DNA of 26,906 nt from a virus (lineage: Duplodnaviria; Caudoviricetes). The stretch's first letter is position 1, and every line of letters starts with the position of its first letter. A program made the position numbers and the translations under genes. The stretch spans positions 1-26,906 of IMG/VR virus record IMGVR_UViG_3300009104_000835. One strand, given 5' to 3'. The notes beneath the pieces were generated by a model, which ran no database searches, was not told the DNA's origin, and worked only from the letters and a program-made list of their open reading frames with translations. Shown here in pieces: positions 1 through 9,045 of this stretch.

Positions 1-1
1 G

Positions 2-907
2 AAACGTGATGCGACTGTATCCGTCAGCACTATTGCGTGTTCGGCGGATCTGTCGCTTACGTTTGCATATGTTTATACACCGAAACGTCCGGGTGGCGTA
101 GGCTATTCAAGCGGTTATGACTACAACAAGACCGGGTTCGATTACAACGAACGTGACACCTCGGTACCCGATAACCGTGTCTTGGTGGATTACAGCCAGT
201 CAGGTGTTGGCTATTCCCAGCCTGTTGATACTGGTTTTACTGTTGCGGCGATTGCGACACCGGCCACAATCGGTGTTACGACGACGTTCTCGGCAGGCGT
301 ATCGGTCCCGGCGACGGTTACTCCGTCTACAGTCGCCTGTCCGGTAGTAATTGTACCTTCAGTTACTGCCAACTCAATCGTCGTACACGGCGGCATTACT
401 ACCCCAGCTACCCTCCCCTCACCCACCATCTCAGCGGTCGTTACACCGGCTACGGTGGCGGCTGCGGCGACATTCCCCGGTCACTCGCTCTACATCACTG
501 TCGATGCGACGCCGGGAGTCATTGCAGCTACGACAACGATGCCTTCGGAAACACCGAGCGGTAATTACACAGCAGTTGTAGATACCATTGCGGCGACAAC
601 AGTGATAGGCGCAGACCCAATGTATCGATTAGTAGAAATACCTACTTCGAATATCGTGCCGCCGATAGGGAGGCGGGAAGACACAACCCCCGCCGGGTAC
701 GCACTAATGCGACATTTCCAACCGGGAGCACGGGGCGATAATATATTTATTATTAACGGAACAACTGTCCAAGATTATTTACCTGCTGACTGGGCAACAG
801 TTACACGGTGGATATATGGAGGGCATGACAGTCCGAGAGATTTAACAGAGTCAGAAGAAACAGTGTTAGTTGCAGCCGGATATTCGTTCAGAGTAGGACC
901 AGAGTAA
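2..907 (+). CDS. Virion structural protein (T/V/A/P-rich, fibre or decoration-like), 5'-truncated
   Basis: The frame of ORF 182..907 is open back to base 2 (KRDATVSVSTIAC...). It has repeated VTPATVAA-like and DYxxxGxxY units and lies upstream of tail-like genes. Confidence 0.7.
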   Translation, partial: KRDATVSVSTIACSADLSLTFAYVYTPKRPGGVGYSSGYDYNKTGFDYNERDTSVPDNRVLVDYSQSGVGYSQPVDTGFTVAAIATPATIGVTTTFSAGVSVPATVTPSTVACPVVIVPSVTANSIVVHGGITTPATLPSPTISAVVTPATVAAAATFPGHSLYITVDATPGVIAATTTMPSETPSGNYTAVVDTIAATTVIGADPMYRLVEIPTSNIVPPIGRREDTTPAGYALMRHFQPGARGDNIFIINGTTVQDYLPADWATVTRWIYGGHDSPRDLTESEETVLVAAGYSFRVGPE

Positions 908-1317
908 TGCCAATCTATGTTTACCGATGCCTCGATTGTGGGTTGTCACATGAGATCCGTCATGGATTCGATGAACCACATGACGGTGTTTGCGATACGT
1001 GCAAAGGCACTCTTCGTAAATACTTCGGTGAAGTACATATCGCTGCGTCAGCTACACCGACAAGAGGTATGCATGATGGAAAAGCGATCGATTGGTCTGG
1101 GAGTAAAGTTAAAGAAAGAGAAAAAGAAAGGGATATGGCAGCCTACAAACGCCTCCGGTCTGAAGGTATTCAGCCGAAGAACATTGATGGCTCTGCCAAA
1201 ATGGAACGAGAAGCCTCAACCTCTCACGAAATTAAAGCCGGGACGCTTCTTCAAGGGCCGAAGTCAGAAAAGAAACGCAAAGAACGTGCCCTTAACGATG
1301 TTCTTGGGAGTGGATAA
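907..1317 (+). CDS. FmdB-family zinc-ribbon protein
   Basis: N-terminus MPIYVYRCLDCG...CDTCKG matches the MPxYxYxCxxCG...CxxCG pattern; TAATG coupling to the upstream gene. Confidence 0.8.
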   Translation: MPIYVYRCLDCGLSHEIRHGFDEPHDGVCDTCKGTLRKYFGEVHIAASATPTRGMHDGKAIDWSGSKVKEREKERDMAAYKRLRSEGIQPKNIDGSAKMEREASTSHEIKAGTLLQGPKSEKKRKERALNDVLGSG

Positions 1318-2210
1318 TGACTGCACAGGCTTGGATTGATGAGACAAGAGACATGCTTTTGTCTGGTTATGTAGAAGAGCTACTTCTTTTAGCATCCAAT
1401 ATAGGTACCACTTCAGAAACAACGATTGAAGTTACAGGTGCAGGTGATTCTGGGATAGTACCCGGTGTCATCATTGAAATAGGTATGGAAGCTATGTACG
1501 TTAGCGCAGTCGCTGGCTCAACAGTCAGCGTCATTCGTGGGTATGGAGGATCTACTGCAATAACTCACACCGCTGGTGACATCTGTCGTATATCACCTAA
1601 GTTCCCTACTTACAGAATATTTGACGCACTCAATAATGACCTTCGTGATTTAACTTCTCCCGATAGCGGGATCTTTCAAATGAAAAGTTTGCAAAGCATT
1701 ACATACAATGCTGCGAAACAAGGCTACGACCTTACAGGTTTAACAAGTGAAGAAGTTCAATCGATTTATTCTGTTACTTATACTGATCCAGTAGTTGTTG
1801 AGGCACGAGAGCCGGATATCCGCAAGTGGGAATTAAAACGTGATAGAGCCACTACCTCATTCGCTAGTGGGTTAGCGTTGGTTCTGTATCAACAAGCATT
1901 CCCCGGAAAGAAATTAAATATTAGTTATAAATCTCCGTTGACTTTGTTGACATCGACCGCAAGCACAAAGGCATCAACCGGGTTGGCTACTACTGCCTAT
2001 GATTTACCTCCTCTTGGCGCTGCTATCTCATTGATGGTTGGTACTCCCATACGGCGAGAGTTTATAGATGCACAAGGAAGCTCACGTCGGGCCGAAGAAG
2101 TACCACCCGGCGCTATCTCTGCTTCAATGCGAGATCTATGGGGACGTAGAGATAACCGAATAGCTGCGGAGGCTGCACGCTTACACGCCATGTATCCACA
2201 GAGGTCATAA
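1317..2210 (+). CDS. Putative head-tail adaptor / tail tubular protein A-like
   Basis: 297 aa, coupled within the structural operon and directly before a large beta-rich protein. Function inferred from position and size only. Confidence 0.5.
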   Translation: MTAQAWIDETRDMLLSGYVEELLLLASNIGTTSETTIEVTGAGDSGIVPGVIIEIGMEAMYVSAVAGSTVSVIRGYGGSTAITHTAGDICRISPKFPTYRIFDALNNDLRDLTSPDSGIFQMKSLQSITYNAAKQGYDLTGLTSEEVQSIYSVTYTDPVVVEAREPDIRKWELKRDRATTSFASGLALVLYQQAFPGKKLNISYKSPLTLLTSTASTKASTGLATTAYDLPPLGAAISLMVGTPIRREFIDAQGSSRRAEEVPPGAISASMRDLWGRRDNRIAAEAARLHAMYPQRS

Positions 2211-2211
2211 C

Positions 2212-4137
2212 GTGGCATTCAACTCTGAGCTTCTACCCGTAGAACTGAATGGTGTTTCCTACGCAATAGATACAGAAATGTATCGACGCACCACAGTTCC
2301 TGTTGCTCGTCAACAACGAGATAACAGTAAAGAGCCGGGAGAAAATACTCTTGACACCACAGGTGCATGGGTTAGATCACAAACAGATTGGTCTTATGGG
2401 GCAGGCCAACTGTATGTAGATAAAGAAGATTCAGATCGACGCCGATTTTATTCATCGCAAGGTATAGACATTTGGACTAAAGGTCAGATGACTTTGCTGC
2501 CGACGACAGAAGATGCAGCTTCATCCCACACATTAGGTACAGAAGATCTAATAGTTAAAAGATTCGTAGCCACAGATGGTACTGAATATATTTATCTTGT
2601 ATCAGATTCAATTATTTTCTACAGCAGTACTGGCGGAGCAAGTTGGACGACATTCAGTGTCACGAACAACGTAACCAGCATTACCTCAGATGGGACATCC
2701 GTTTATATAGGGCGAGATACCACCAATACACCGCTCACAGCCGCACTCGGAAGCAGCACGACATCAGCTTACGGAACAGAAACACCAGACATTCTCGCTG
2801 TTGTCGCTGGTCGTATGATCGGTGCAGATGCTAACTCGATTTACGAACTCGATGCTTCGGGTGCAAAGGTTTCATCTTCATTAGATTTTTCATTTTCGCT
2901 TTCATCAACAACATGGGTTGCAGTAACAGCAGCTTCAAATGGTATCTACGCAGCAGCTAACGCTGACAACACAGGCGCTCTCTATTACATAGGAGTCAAC
3001 AACGCCGATGGCACATTGCGTACCCCAACTATCGCTGCTTCCTTACCTCGGAACGAAACCATTAACGCAATTATTTCTTATGCAGGTCTTATAGGTGTAG
3101 CTACAAGTGTTGGTTTCAGGTTAGCTTTAATCGACCAAAGCTCATCAGGTGTTACCTTAGGGCCAGCGATTGATACAGCGGGAGAAGTTTATTCTCTTGA
3201 AGCTGATGGCAGATTCATTTGGTTTGGAGCAGATAACGCACAGGTTTACCGTGCAGATCTATCTAAATTCACAGAGATATTGGTCCCTGCTTATGCATCA
3301 GACTTACAAATGTCAGGCACAGTAGCGGCAGGAGACAAGGTAGTTTCTTTAGCACGTTTAAATAACTCCTCTGACCCAAAGCTATTCCTTGCCGTGAACA
3401 AAGCTTCAGGTGCTGGCGCTCTTTATAAAGAAAGTTACACAGGGGTAAAGGTATCTTCGGGAGAACTAATTGCAGGGGAATGTACGTGGTCAACGGTAGT
3501 TCCTAAACTACTTCGATCAGGTGTCATCGACCTTGACCGTTCACAATATGAGCGATCCAAAACACCGTATCGTGAATCAGGTACTGACTATACAGATGGC
3601 GATAACACGTACACATTGGGTGAAGAAACAACGACTGCTGCGGGAAAGATAAGACTTAAAGCAGTTAACAGACAGAACACTTCCGCTTACATTCCTAGTT
3701 CAACAGGTTCTTTAACAACAGGGAACGCAGCTACATTTGTATTCCCGACTGACGAGTTGACAGCAATCTCTTATGATTTGACTGTCGAATTGGAAAGGTC
3801 AGCTACAGCTACCACTGTCGCACCTATTTGCCATGACTGGCAGCTAACTGCTGTCGCTGTGCCACCTCGTATAGATGAAATCATTCTTCCTATCTTTTTA
3901 AAACGAGAAGTAAGAACAGCCCGAGGTTCTGGCATAAACAAAACTCTCGCAGCTAAAGAAACTTTTGACAGCTTTCGCACATTGATGGATAGAGGTGAAG
4001 CGATCACTTACAAGGAAGGAGATCGCACAGACACAGTAACCATCGAAAGATTAGAGATGCAACCCGAACGTCTATCCGATGATGGTAGCTGGTGGGAAGG
4101 TACTCTACTGATTAGGTTATTAACTGTTCCATCCTGA
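2212..4137 (+). CDS. Putative tail nozzle / tail tubular protein B-like (beta-propeller-like)
   Basis: 641 aa with GTG start; S/T/G-rich repeated beta-strand segments (YSSTGGASW, SITSDGTSVYIG, SLEADGRFIWFG); follows the adaptor-like gene. Confidence 0.55.
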   Translation: MAFNSELLPVELNGVSYAIDTEMYRRTTVPVARQQRDNSKEPGENTLDTTGAWVRSQTDWSYGAGQLYVDKEDSDRRRFYSSQGIDIWTKGQMTLLPTTEDAASSHTLGTEDLIVKRFVATDGTEYIYLVSDSIIFYSSTGGASWTTFSVTNNVTSITSDGTSVYIGRDTTNTPLTAALGSSTTSAYGTETPDILAVVAGRMIGADANSIYELDASGAKVSSSLDFSFSLSSTTWVAVTAASNGIYAAANADNTGALYYIGVNNADGTLRTPTIAASLPRNETINAIISYAGLIGVATSVGFRLALIDQSSSGVTLGPAIDTAGEVYSLEADGRFIWFGADNAQVYRADLSKFTEILVPAYASDLQMSGTVAAGDKVVSLARLNNSSDPKLFLAVNKASGAGALYKESYTGVKVSSGELIAGECTWSTVVPKLLRSGVIDLDRSQYERSKTPYRESGTDYTDGDNTYTLGEETTTAAGKIRLKAVNRQNTSAYIPSSTGSLTTGNAATFVFPTDELTAISYDLTVELERSATATTVAPICHDWQLTAVAVPPRIDEIILPIFLKREVRTARGSGINKTLAAKETFDSFRTLMDRGEAITYKEGDRTDTVTIERLEMQPERLSDDGSWWEGTLLIRLLTVPS

Positions 4138-4147
4138 TCGGGGGCAC

Positions 4148-4903
4148 ATGGCTAAGGTTCTTTTCTTTGATATAGAAACAGCACCGAACTTGGCTTATGT
4201 CTGGGGTCAATGGCAACAAGATGTTATCGATCATCAACGAGAGTGGTACATCTTATGCTTCTCATACAAATGGGAAGACCAAAAGAAAACTCACGTCGTT
4301 TCTTTAGATGACTTTGATCTTTACAATGAAAACTCTGAGAACGATTTGGAAGTAGTAAAGAAACTCTGGGAACTATTGGACAAAGCGGACATTGTTATCG
4401 GTCACAACTCAGACGCATTCGATATTAAGAAAGCGAACGCAAGATTTGTTTACCATAACTTTGGGCCACCAAGCCATTACAGTTCTGTTGACACATTAAA
4501 GATCGCACGACGACATTTCAAATTCAATAGCAATAGACTAGGACACTTAGGCGAACATCTCGGCTTAGGTGGAAAAGAATCGACAGGGGGTTTTGAAACA
4601 TGGGCAGGATGCATGAAGGGTGACGCTAAAGCGTGGGCAGTAATGAAGAAGTACGCTAAACAAGATGTCGATTTACTTATCGATATCTATGAACGATTGC
4701 GTCCTTGGGCTACAAACCACCCGAACAGAAATGTTATCGATCAAACCACGTTCGCTTGTCCAACGTGCGGCAGCAACAAGTTGCATAAGCGTGGTGTCAG
4801 GCGGACACGCACACTGACCTATCAGCAGTACCAATGCCACCGCTGTAAAGCGTATTGTAGAGAGCGGCTGGCACAACAAGTTGAACGCCCCGAAGTTATT
4901 TAG
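4148..4903 (+). CDS. Stand-alone RNase H-fold (DnaQ/PolB-type) 3'-5' exonuclease with C-terminal zinc ribbon
   Basis: ExoI FDIETAP, ExoII GHNSDAFD and ExoIII YAKQDV motifs; C-terminal CPTC...CHRC. Confidence 0.85.
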   Translation: MAKVLFFDIETAPNLAYVWGQWQQDVIDHQREWYILCFSYKWEDQKKTHVVSLDDFDLYNENSENDLEVVKKLWELLDKADIVIGHNSDAFDIKKANARFVYHNFGPPSHYSSVDTLKIARRHFKFNSNRLGHLGEHLGLGGKESTGGFETWAGCMKGDAKAWAVMKKYAKQDVDLLIDIYERLRPWATNHPNRNVIDQTTFACPTCGSNKLHKRGVRRTRTLTYQQYQCHRCKAYCRERLAQQVERPEVI

Positions 4904-5067
4904 AGTCCGTTATATCTGGCCGGTAATGTTCGTTCCATGTCTGGTTTAAGAATATGTTTCTTACATTTGTGACAGCGGCACTCACCAATTAAATACTTAG
5001 CTATTGTGCCATGTTTTTTAAAGTCTTTTTTTTCCCAACGAATGTGACCAAGGTCGTCAACCTTCAT
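4900..5067 (-). CDS. 55-aa zinc-finger-like protein (HGT...Y...CRCxxC), not in ORF track
   Basis: Hand translation MKVDDLGHIRWEKKDFKKHGTIAKYLIGECRCHKCKKHILKPDMERTLPARYNGL; start overlaps the upstream stop (TAATG). Confidence 0.75.
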   Translation of the reverse strand: MKVDDLGHIRWEKKDFKKHGTIAKYLIGECRCHKCKKHILKPDMERTLPARYNGL

Positions 5068-5237
5068 TAGTAATCTTCCGGGTTAGAAGCATCATCCTTA
5101 AATAGTTGAGCCATCCGAAGGGCTTCCTCTTCACTGCGATACCAGTCACGAATCTGACTGTCACATATCACGGCATAACCTTGGACATTCAAGCTCGGTC
5201 CTATTTGCGCAGCAATTTCTTTAACTTTTATATTCAT
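5067..5237 (-). CDS. Hypothetical protein (56 aa)
   Basis: Start moved to MNIKVK, which is preceded by GGAGAA; coupled to the next gene. Confidence 0.7.
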   Translation of the reverse strand: MNIKVKEIAAQIGPSLNVQGYAVICDSQIRDWYRSEEEALRMAQLFKDDASNPEDY

Positions 5238-5286
5238 CGCTATTCTCCAATCACGATGTCCCATTTATTTTACCACGGATAGTGGT

Positions 5287-5336
5287 AGGTAGGGTGCCCC
5301 GGCGAAAGGAGAGGAAACTCCGAGGCACCCTGACCT
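5287..5336 (-). promoter_or_regulatory. Intergenic stem-loop with anti-SD-like loop
   Basis: Arms 5287-5302 and 5320-5336. The C/A mismatch on + becomes G.U on -. The loop on - reads AGUUUCCUCUCCUUUCG. Confidence 0.6.
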
Positions 5337-5719
5337 TATTTCAAAGTCCGACGTAGCTCTCGGAGTCGCTTAATATTTTCTTCAAGACTCAATGATTCCT
5401 TAGTCATGTCATCTAAGTTCTTACGAGTTGCCTCGATACTTGCAACGATAGAAGCACGCTGGTCCTGCTGCGCTACCGCTTTCTCGTCAGCGATGCGCCG
5501 CAGCGCTGTCTCGAAAGCTGCTTCTGTGAAACCCCATGTGATTTGTAGAGCTTCGTAACATTCATGGACTGTCCATCCTGCGCCATGTGCAATCTCGACA
5601 AGATGTCGGATGCGGGTTGGTTTAACACCAAAAGGTTTACGTTCAAGTTCCTTCCACCAATGATTCAACATCGCTGTCAGATCCGTGAACTCTTGGTTTA
5701 GATATACTACCTCGCCCAT
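5336..5719 (-). CDS. Hypothetical protein (127 aa, coiled-coil-like C-terminus)
   Basis: RBS AAAGGAGAG upstream; part of the leftward operon. Confidence 0.75.
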   Translation of the reverse strand: MGEVVYLNQEFTDLTAMLNHWWKELERKPFGVKPTRIRHLVEIAHGAGWTVHECYEALQITWGFTEAAFETALRRIADEKAVAQQDQRASIVASIEATRKNLDDMTKESLSLEENIKRLRELRRTLK

Positions 5720-6059
5720 CCATTCTCTCCTTTATTAGCTGTGCGAATGTATGCATTTCCATGACTACATATGCACCGCCTGTTCCAAAGTTGCGCCGCT
5801 TAACTATAGCAGCAGCAAATGTAGCATCAGCGTTAACTCGTTCATGCTCTGTTTCTTTCATAATCTGAGACAAAGACGAGAGAGCATCCTTCCTGTTTTT
5901 GCATTCAAATACAAATTCAGGTAGGTCAAGGCATCGGATATCCCCTACGTCCTTTGTCCCAGTCAGGGGCAACCGCATGAACTCATGCTTTGTATAGCTT
6001 TCGAGAAACCTAACGCATTCAGTTTCCCAAGCTGTCCCCTTTTGTTTAGATTTATTCAT
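5643..6059 (-). CDS. Holliday junction resolvase-like PD-(D/E)XK nuclease
   Basis: Start at MNKSKQKGTAWE; motifs KG..WE, DVGDI, FECKN, VKRR, AYVVM typical of phage Hjc-like resolvases. Confidence 0.8.
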   Translation of the reverse strand: MNKSKQKGTAWETECVRFLESYTKHEFMRLPLTGTKDVGDIRCLDLPEFVFECKNRKDALSSLSQIMKETEHERVNADATFAAAIVKRRNFGTGGAYVVMEMHTFAQLIKERMDGRGSISKPRVHGSDSDVESLVEGT

Positions 6060-6330
6060 CGGCCTCAGTTTGTCTAGGCAAATACATCTCGGGTTCTTCT
6101 TCAACCATGTCTAAGTAACTATTGATTGCTGTTTGAAGGATGTACGACTGCGCTTGCATGAGCTTGTTGTTCTCATCCAACATTCCATTACTTGACGGAT
6201 GGTTCTCAAACGCTTCAACCATCCTTAAAGCATGTAGTTCTAAGCGATCTGCAAATTCAGCAGGTACAACTACAGTTAAGATCCGTAGAGCCTCCGATAA
6301 TACGGGCACCATGATGCTTTCTTCTTCCAT
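6052..6330 (-). CDS. Hypothetical protein (92 aa)
   Basis: TAATG coupling to ssb; in the leftward operon. Confidence 0.7.
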   Translation of the reverse strand: MEEESIMVPVLSEALRILTVVVPAEFADRLELHALRMVEAFENHPSSNGMLDENNKLMQAQSYILQTAINSYLDMVEEEPEMYLPRQTEADE

Positions 6331-6722
6331 TAGAAGGGTTCCTGATCGTCGATGAATGCGTCTTGGACAGTTTTAACTGCCTCTTTCGCAACATTATCAC
6401 GATCCTTACCCTTCGGATACCAGCGCCAAGACGGGCCACCTTCGTCTGCATACAGGCAAAGTTTGCTTCGGCTCTCGCCTTCTTTACTTTCCCAACGATC
6501 CTGTTTCATGCGACCTATAAACATAACCCGAGTGCCCTTAGGTATCTCAGATATTCGTTCAGCTAGATCACCGAAACATTTAACGTCATACCAATCTGTT
6601 TCTTTAGTGTCATCACGACCACGTGTGACAGCTACGGGAACAGTAACAAATGCATTACCTGATTTAGCGTAACGCAGAGTAATGTCAGCGCCGACGTTGC
6701 CAGCGATAGAAATATTACTCAT
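6330..6722 (-). CDS. ssb: Single-stranded DNA-binding protein
   Basis: MSNISIAGNVGADITLRYAKSG, TDWYDVKCFGDLAE, KGTRVMFIGRMKQDRWE and acidic DDQEPF tail. Confidence 0.92.
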   Translation of the reverse strand: MSNISIAGNVGADITLRYAKSGNAFVTVPVAVTRGRDDTKETDWYDVKCFGDLAERISEIPKGTRVMFIGRMKQDRWESKEGESRSKLCLYADEGGPSWRWYPKGKDRDNVAKEAVKTVQDAFIDDQEPF

Positions 6723-7137
6723 CTTTATCTTCCTCTCGTTTGCTGAGAATGTTTGCGAGAACATAGTTCCCGTCATGTTTATGCCAGAGATGTAGACCTA
6801 AGCCCAATCTCATTGCACATCGTTTGATTCCGTCAGATGCACATGCCTTTAAACGTGCTCCGTCCGTCTTCCAATTGTTTGGATTTTCGCACTCACCAAC
6901 CTCTTGTATCGAGGTAGTTCGTCCGTCAACATCAACAGTAATAGTACAAAGGCAGCCAGTGACAGTACCATCAGCATCCCTAATAACATCATCAATAGAA
7001 AAATCATAAGCTCCCAAAATTCCTAAGAGAAATTGTGTAACTATTCCGTGCGGAACATAAGCTGCTGCAAATTTCCCCGGCTTAGTTTCAATGAACTTGT
7101 CAGGGAAGGGAACGGCTAGCTTAGTTAGTTGAGTCAT
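6715..7137 (-). CDS. Rad52/Sak-like single-strand annealing protein
   Basis: KLAVPF, AAYVPH, LKACASDGIKRCAMRLGLGLHLW match the Rad52/22-family pattern; RBS AAGGAG; lies between the nuclease and SSB. Confidence 0.8.
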   Translation of the reverse strand: MTQLTKLAVPFPDKFIETKPGKFAAAYVPHGIVTQFLLGILGAYDFSIDDVIRDADGTVTGCLCTITVDVDGRTTSIQEVGECENPNNWKTDGARLKACASDGIKRCAMRLGLGLHLWHKHDGNYVLANILSKREEDKDE

Positions 7138-7936
7138 AGCTCTCCTTAATTTGTAATACATCTTCGACATAAGACACGGTTGGACATACCTCTAAGTGGG
7201 GGCAGTACCTACATTCCCAAGGCAACTCGTCTTCTGATTGAAAGGTTCCGTTCCAAGAACTCAATAAACCTATCGGTAGCAGACCAGTGTCTAAAACATT
7301 TTGCGCCATGTCCTTGTGCTGTTCTAAGAAGTATGCTGTCATCTGACTTAAAGATGCACCTGTGTCACTGATGTCATCGTGGATGTTGAACACCCATTCA
7401 TACATGTCACCAGCTTTAGCGGAGTCCTTCCATTTTCCCGGCGTAGCATCAGTACAGACGTACACCATGTGGATGTAATGAACATCAAGAGCCAAAGCGT
7501 AAGCAGTTGCTTGGAATAGATGCTCCTCTTTGGGCATGTTGTCGTTACGTGCTTTACGAAACCCGTAGTTACGCATCGTTTTAATCTCTAAGATACGACG
7601 CTCTCCGCTTGGTGCCTTATACACACCATCAGTGTGACCAGAAGTTAAAGCATATGGAATACTTACTGGTATCTCACACTCAAAATCTCTGATCGCTTGT
7701 TTATCTGTAGCGAATGCTTCCTGAATGCAATCATGCAAGGTGTTACCTATTTCCCTCGCTACGAAACCATTGATTGCTTCATCCCCCTCGTATCTGATAG
7801 GCAATTGGAACCCATCAAAGATTTGTTTCCTGTCACATGAAGTGATACTGGAAATTCTGAGGAATGAACCATCAGCGGTTGGCTTGGGTTCAGGTACACG
7901 TACAAAATCACGAAGGACTAGTTCTGCAAGACTCAT
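7121..7936 (-). CDS. Cas4-like PD-(D/E)XK exonuclease, probably Fe-S binding
   Basis: N-terminal SSITSCDRK, GNTLHD, GHTDG, EIKT, QATAY and C-terminal CRYCPHLEVC give the 1+3 Cys arrangement of Cas4/AddB-type nucleases. Confidence 0.85.
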   Translation of the reverse strand: MSLAELVLRDFVRVPEPKPTADGSFLRISSITSCDRKQIFDGFQLPIRYEGDEAINGFVAREIGNTLHDCIQEAFATDKQAIRDFECEIPVSIPYALTSGHTDGVYKAPSGERRILEIKTMRNYGFRKARNDNMPKEEHLFQATAYALALDVHYIHMVYVCTDATPGKWKDSAKAGDMYEWVFNIHDDISDTGASLSQMTAYFLEQHKDMAQNVLDTGLLPIGLLSSWNGTFQSEDELPWECRYCPHLEVCPTVSYVEDVLQIKESYDSTN

Positions 7937-7962
7937 CGCTCTCCCTTTCCACGTGCAGTCTA

Positions 7963-8103
7963 TCAGTTTCCTCGGGCCTCATCAATGCGGCGATCCCAAT
8001 AATCTGATTCAGCAATCTCTCTAGCTTCGAGCATTTCTTCATATTCTTCTTCACTCAAATCTGCATACGGATCGTCGGGTGGGTCTATCGAAAAGTATTC
8101 CAT
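7963..8103 (-). CDS. Small acidic hypothetical protein (46 aa), not in ORF track
   Basis: MEYFSIDPPDDPYADLSEEEYEEMLEAREIAESDYWDRRIDEARGN; RBS AAGGAG and TAATG coupling. Confidence 0.7.
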   Translation of the reverse strand: MEYFSIDPPDDPYADLSEEEYEEMLEAREIAESDYWDRRIDEARGN

Positions 8104-8333
8104 TAATCTCTCCTTTGAAAAATTAGTGTGTCATCTTTTTTCGAGGTTCGTATTTTCATTCCACGCTTTTTGGCCTGACTAAACAAACTGATTCGCATAC
8201 TTTCAAGCGTGCAATTAAAGTCAATGCCTTTAGTTATTTTCCAGATTTGTCCATCAAACCATTCATCGTATGGATACAGACATTCCTGCGGACCCCATTG
8301 AACGAACTCATAGTCTTCTAATATTTCTGCCAT
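8103..8333 (-). CDS. Hypothetical phage protein (YPxDEWFDGQIW type)
   Basis: 76 aa, coupled on both sides; motif YPYDEWFDGQIWKITKGIDF. Confidence 0.75.
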   Translation of the reverse strand: MAEILEDYEFVQWGPQECLYPYDEWFDGQIWKITKGIDFNCTLESMRISLFSQAKKRGMKIRTSKKDDTLIFQRRD

Positions 8334-8707
8334 TAATCTTTCCTACTTTCATAATAAAATTCAGGCGTAGTTCGCCACATATATTGCGGACCAGCATGAC
8401 GTTCTTTTCTTTCAGATAACCGAGTCTCTTGCCTACGACATGACTCGCAAACAACAGGTTCAATGACCCCTGTTCTCTGTGCTTGTTTCATTAACGGGCC
8501 AAGCAAGCGAGCGTTGTCTAAGACAATTCCCATCCACTTCAACTCGGCATGAACTTGATCGGTGGTCCATGAATACCACGGTCCCCGTCTAGCAGCCACT
8601 CGTTCTATTGCTTTTTTGGCAGCAAGTTTCTGGGATGGACGGGCTGATGCCTCGACCCGTGCCATCCCAATGTCACGTTGCTGCTTGCCTTCGTCAAGCT
8701 GTGACAT
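8333..8707 (-). CDS. Hypothetical protein (124 aa, possible winged-helix)
   Basis: Start at MSQLDEG with RBS AAGGGAGAAC; WTTDQV...RLLGPLMKQAQRTGVI segment; CESC. Confidence 0.7.
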   Translation of the reverse strand: MSQLDEGKQQRDIGMARVEASARPSQKLAAKKAIERVAARRGPWYSWTTDQVHAELKWMGIVLDNARLLGPLMKQAQRTGVIEPVVCESCRRQETRLSERKERHAGPQYMWRTTPEFYYESRKD

Positions 8708-8969
8708 GTTCTCCCTTACATATTGCAATCAGGGCTTCCGCAACTGCATTGATGAAATTATCGTCATCAAGATCAAGTTTCGCTGGGTTATCCTGCATGT
8801 GTTCTCTTATGTAGTAACCAATATCGTTTGATAACGTGTCAGTGACAATGCCTTCAACTTCGCCACTGTCTCGGATCACATCAGCAACGATGTCACCTAC
8901 CATGTCGCAGAATCCGCTGTCATTAGCGAACTCTCCGACTTCTATTTCTACTGCTGCGTAGATACTCAT
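8694..8969 (-). CDS. Acidic hypothetical protein (91 aa)
   Basis: RBS AAGGAGAA upstream of ATG. Confidence 0.75.
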   Translation of the reverse strand: MSIYAAVEIEVGEFANDSGFCDMVGDIVADVIRDSGEVEGIVTDTLSNDIGYYIREHMQDNPAKLDLDDDNFINAVAEALIAICKGEHVTA

Positions 8970-8997
8970 TTGTTTTCTCCTTATTATTGAGATCTAT

Positions 8998-9042
8998 TGA
9001 GATGAGGTAGCACCAAGGAGGGCAAAGTGCTACCCCATCTCA
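8998..9042 (-). promoter_or_regulatory. Intergenic 16-bp stem-loop with anti-SD loop
   Basis: Arms 8998-9013 and 9027-9042. The one A/C mismatch on + becomes G.U on -. The loop on - reads UUUGCCCUCCUUG. Confidence 0.65.
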
Positions 9043-9045
9043 GGT

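Noticed and set aside
7121-7936. CRISPR-Cas system suggested by the Cas4-like gene
   Set aside because: No repeat-spacer array or other cas genes. Its context beside Sak-like and SSB genes indicates a recombination exonuclease.
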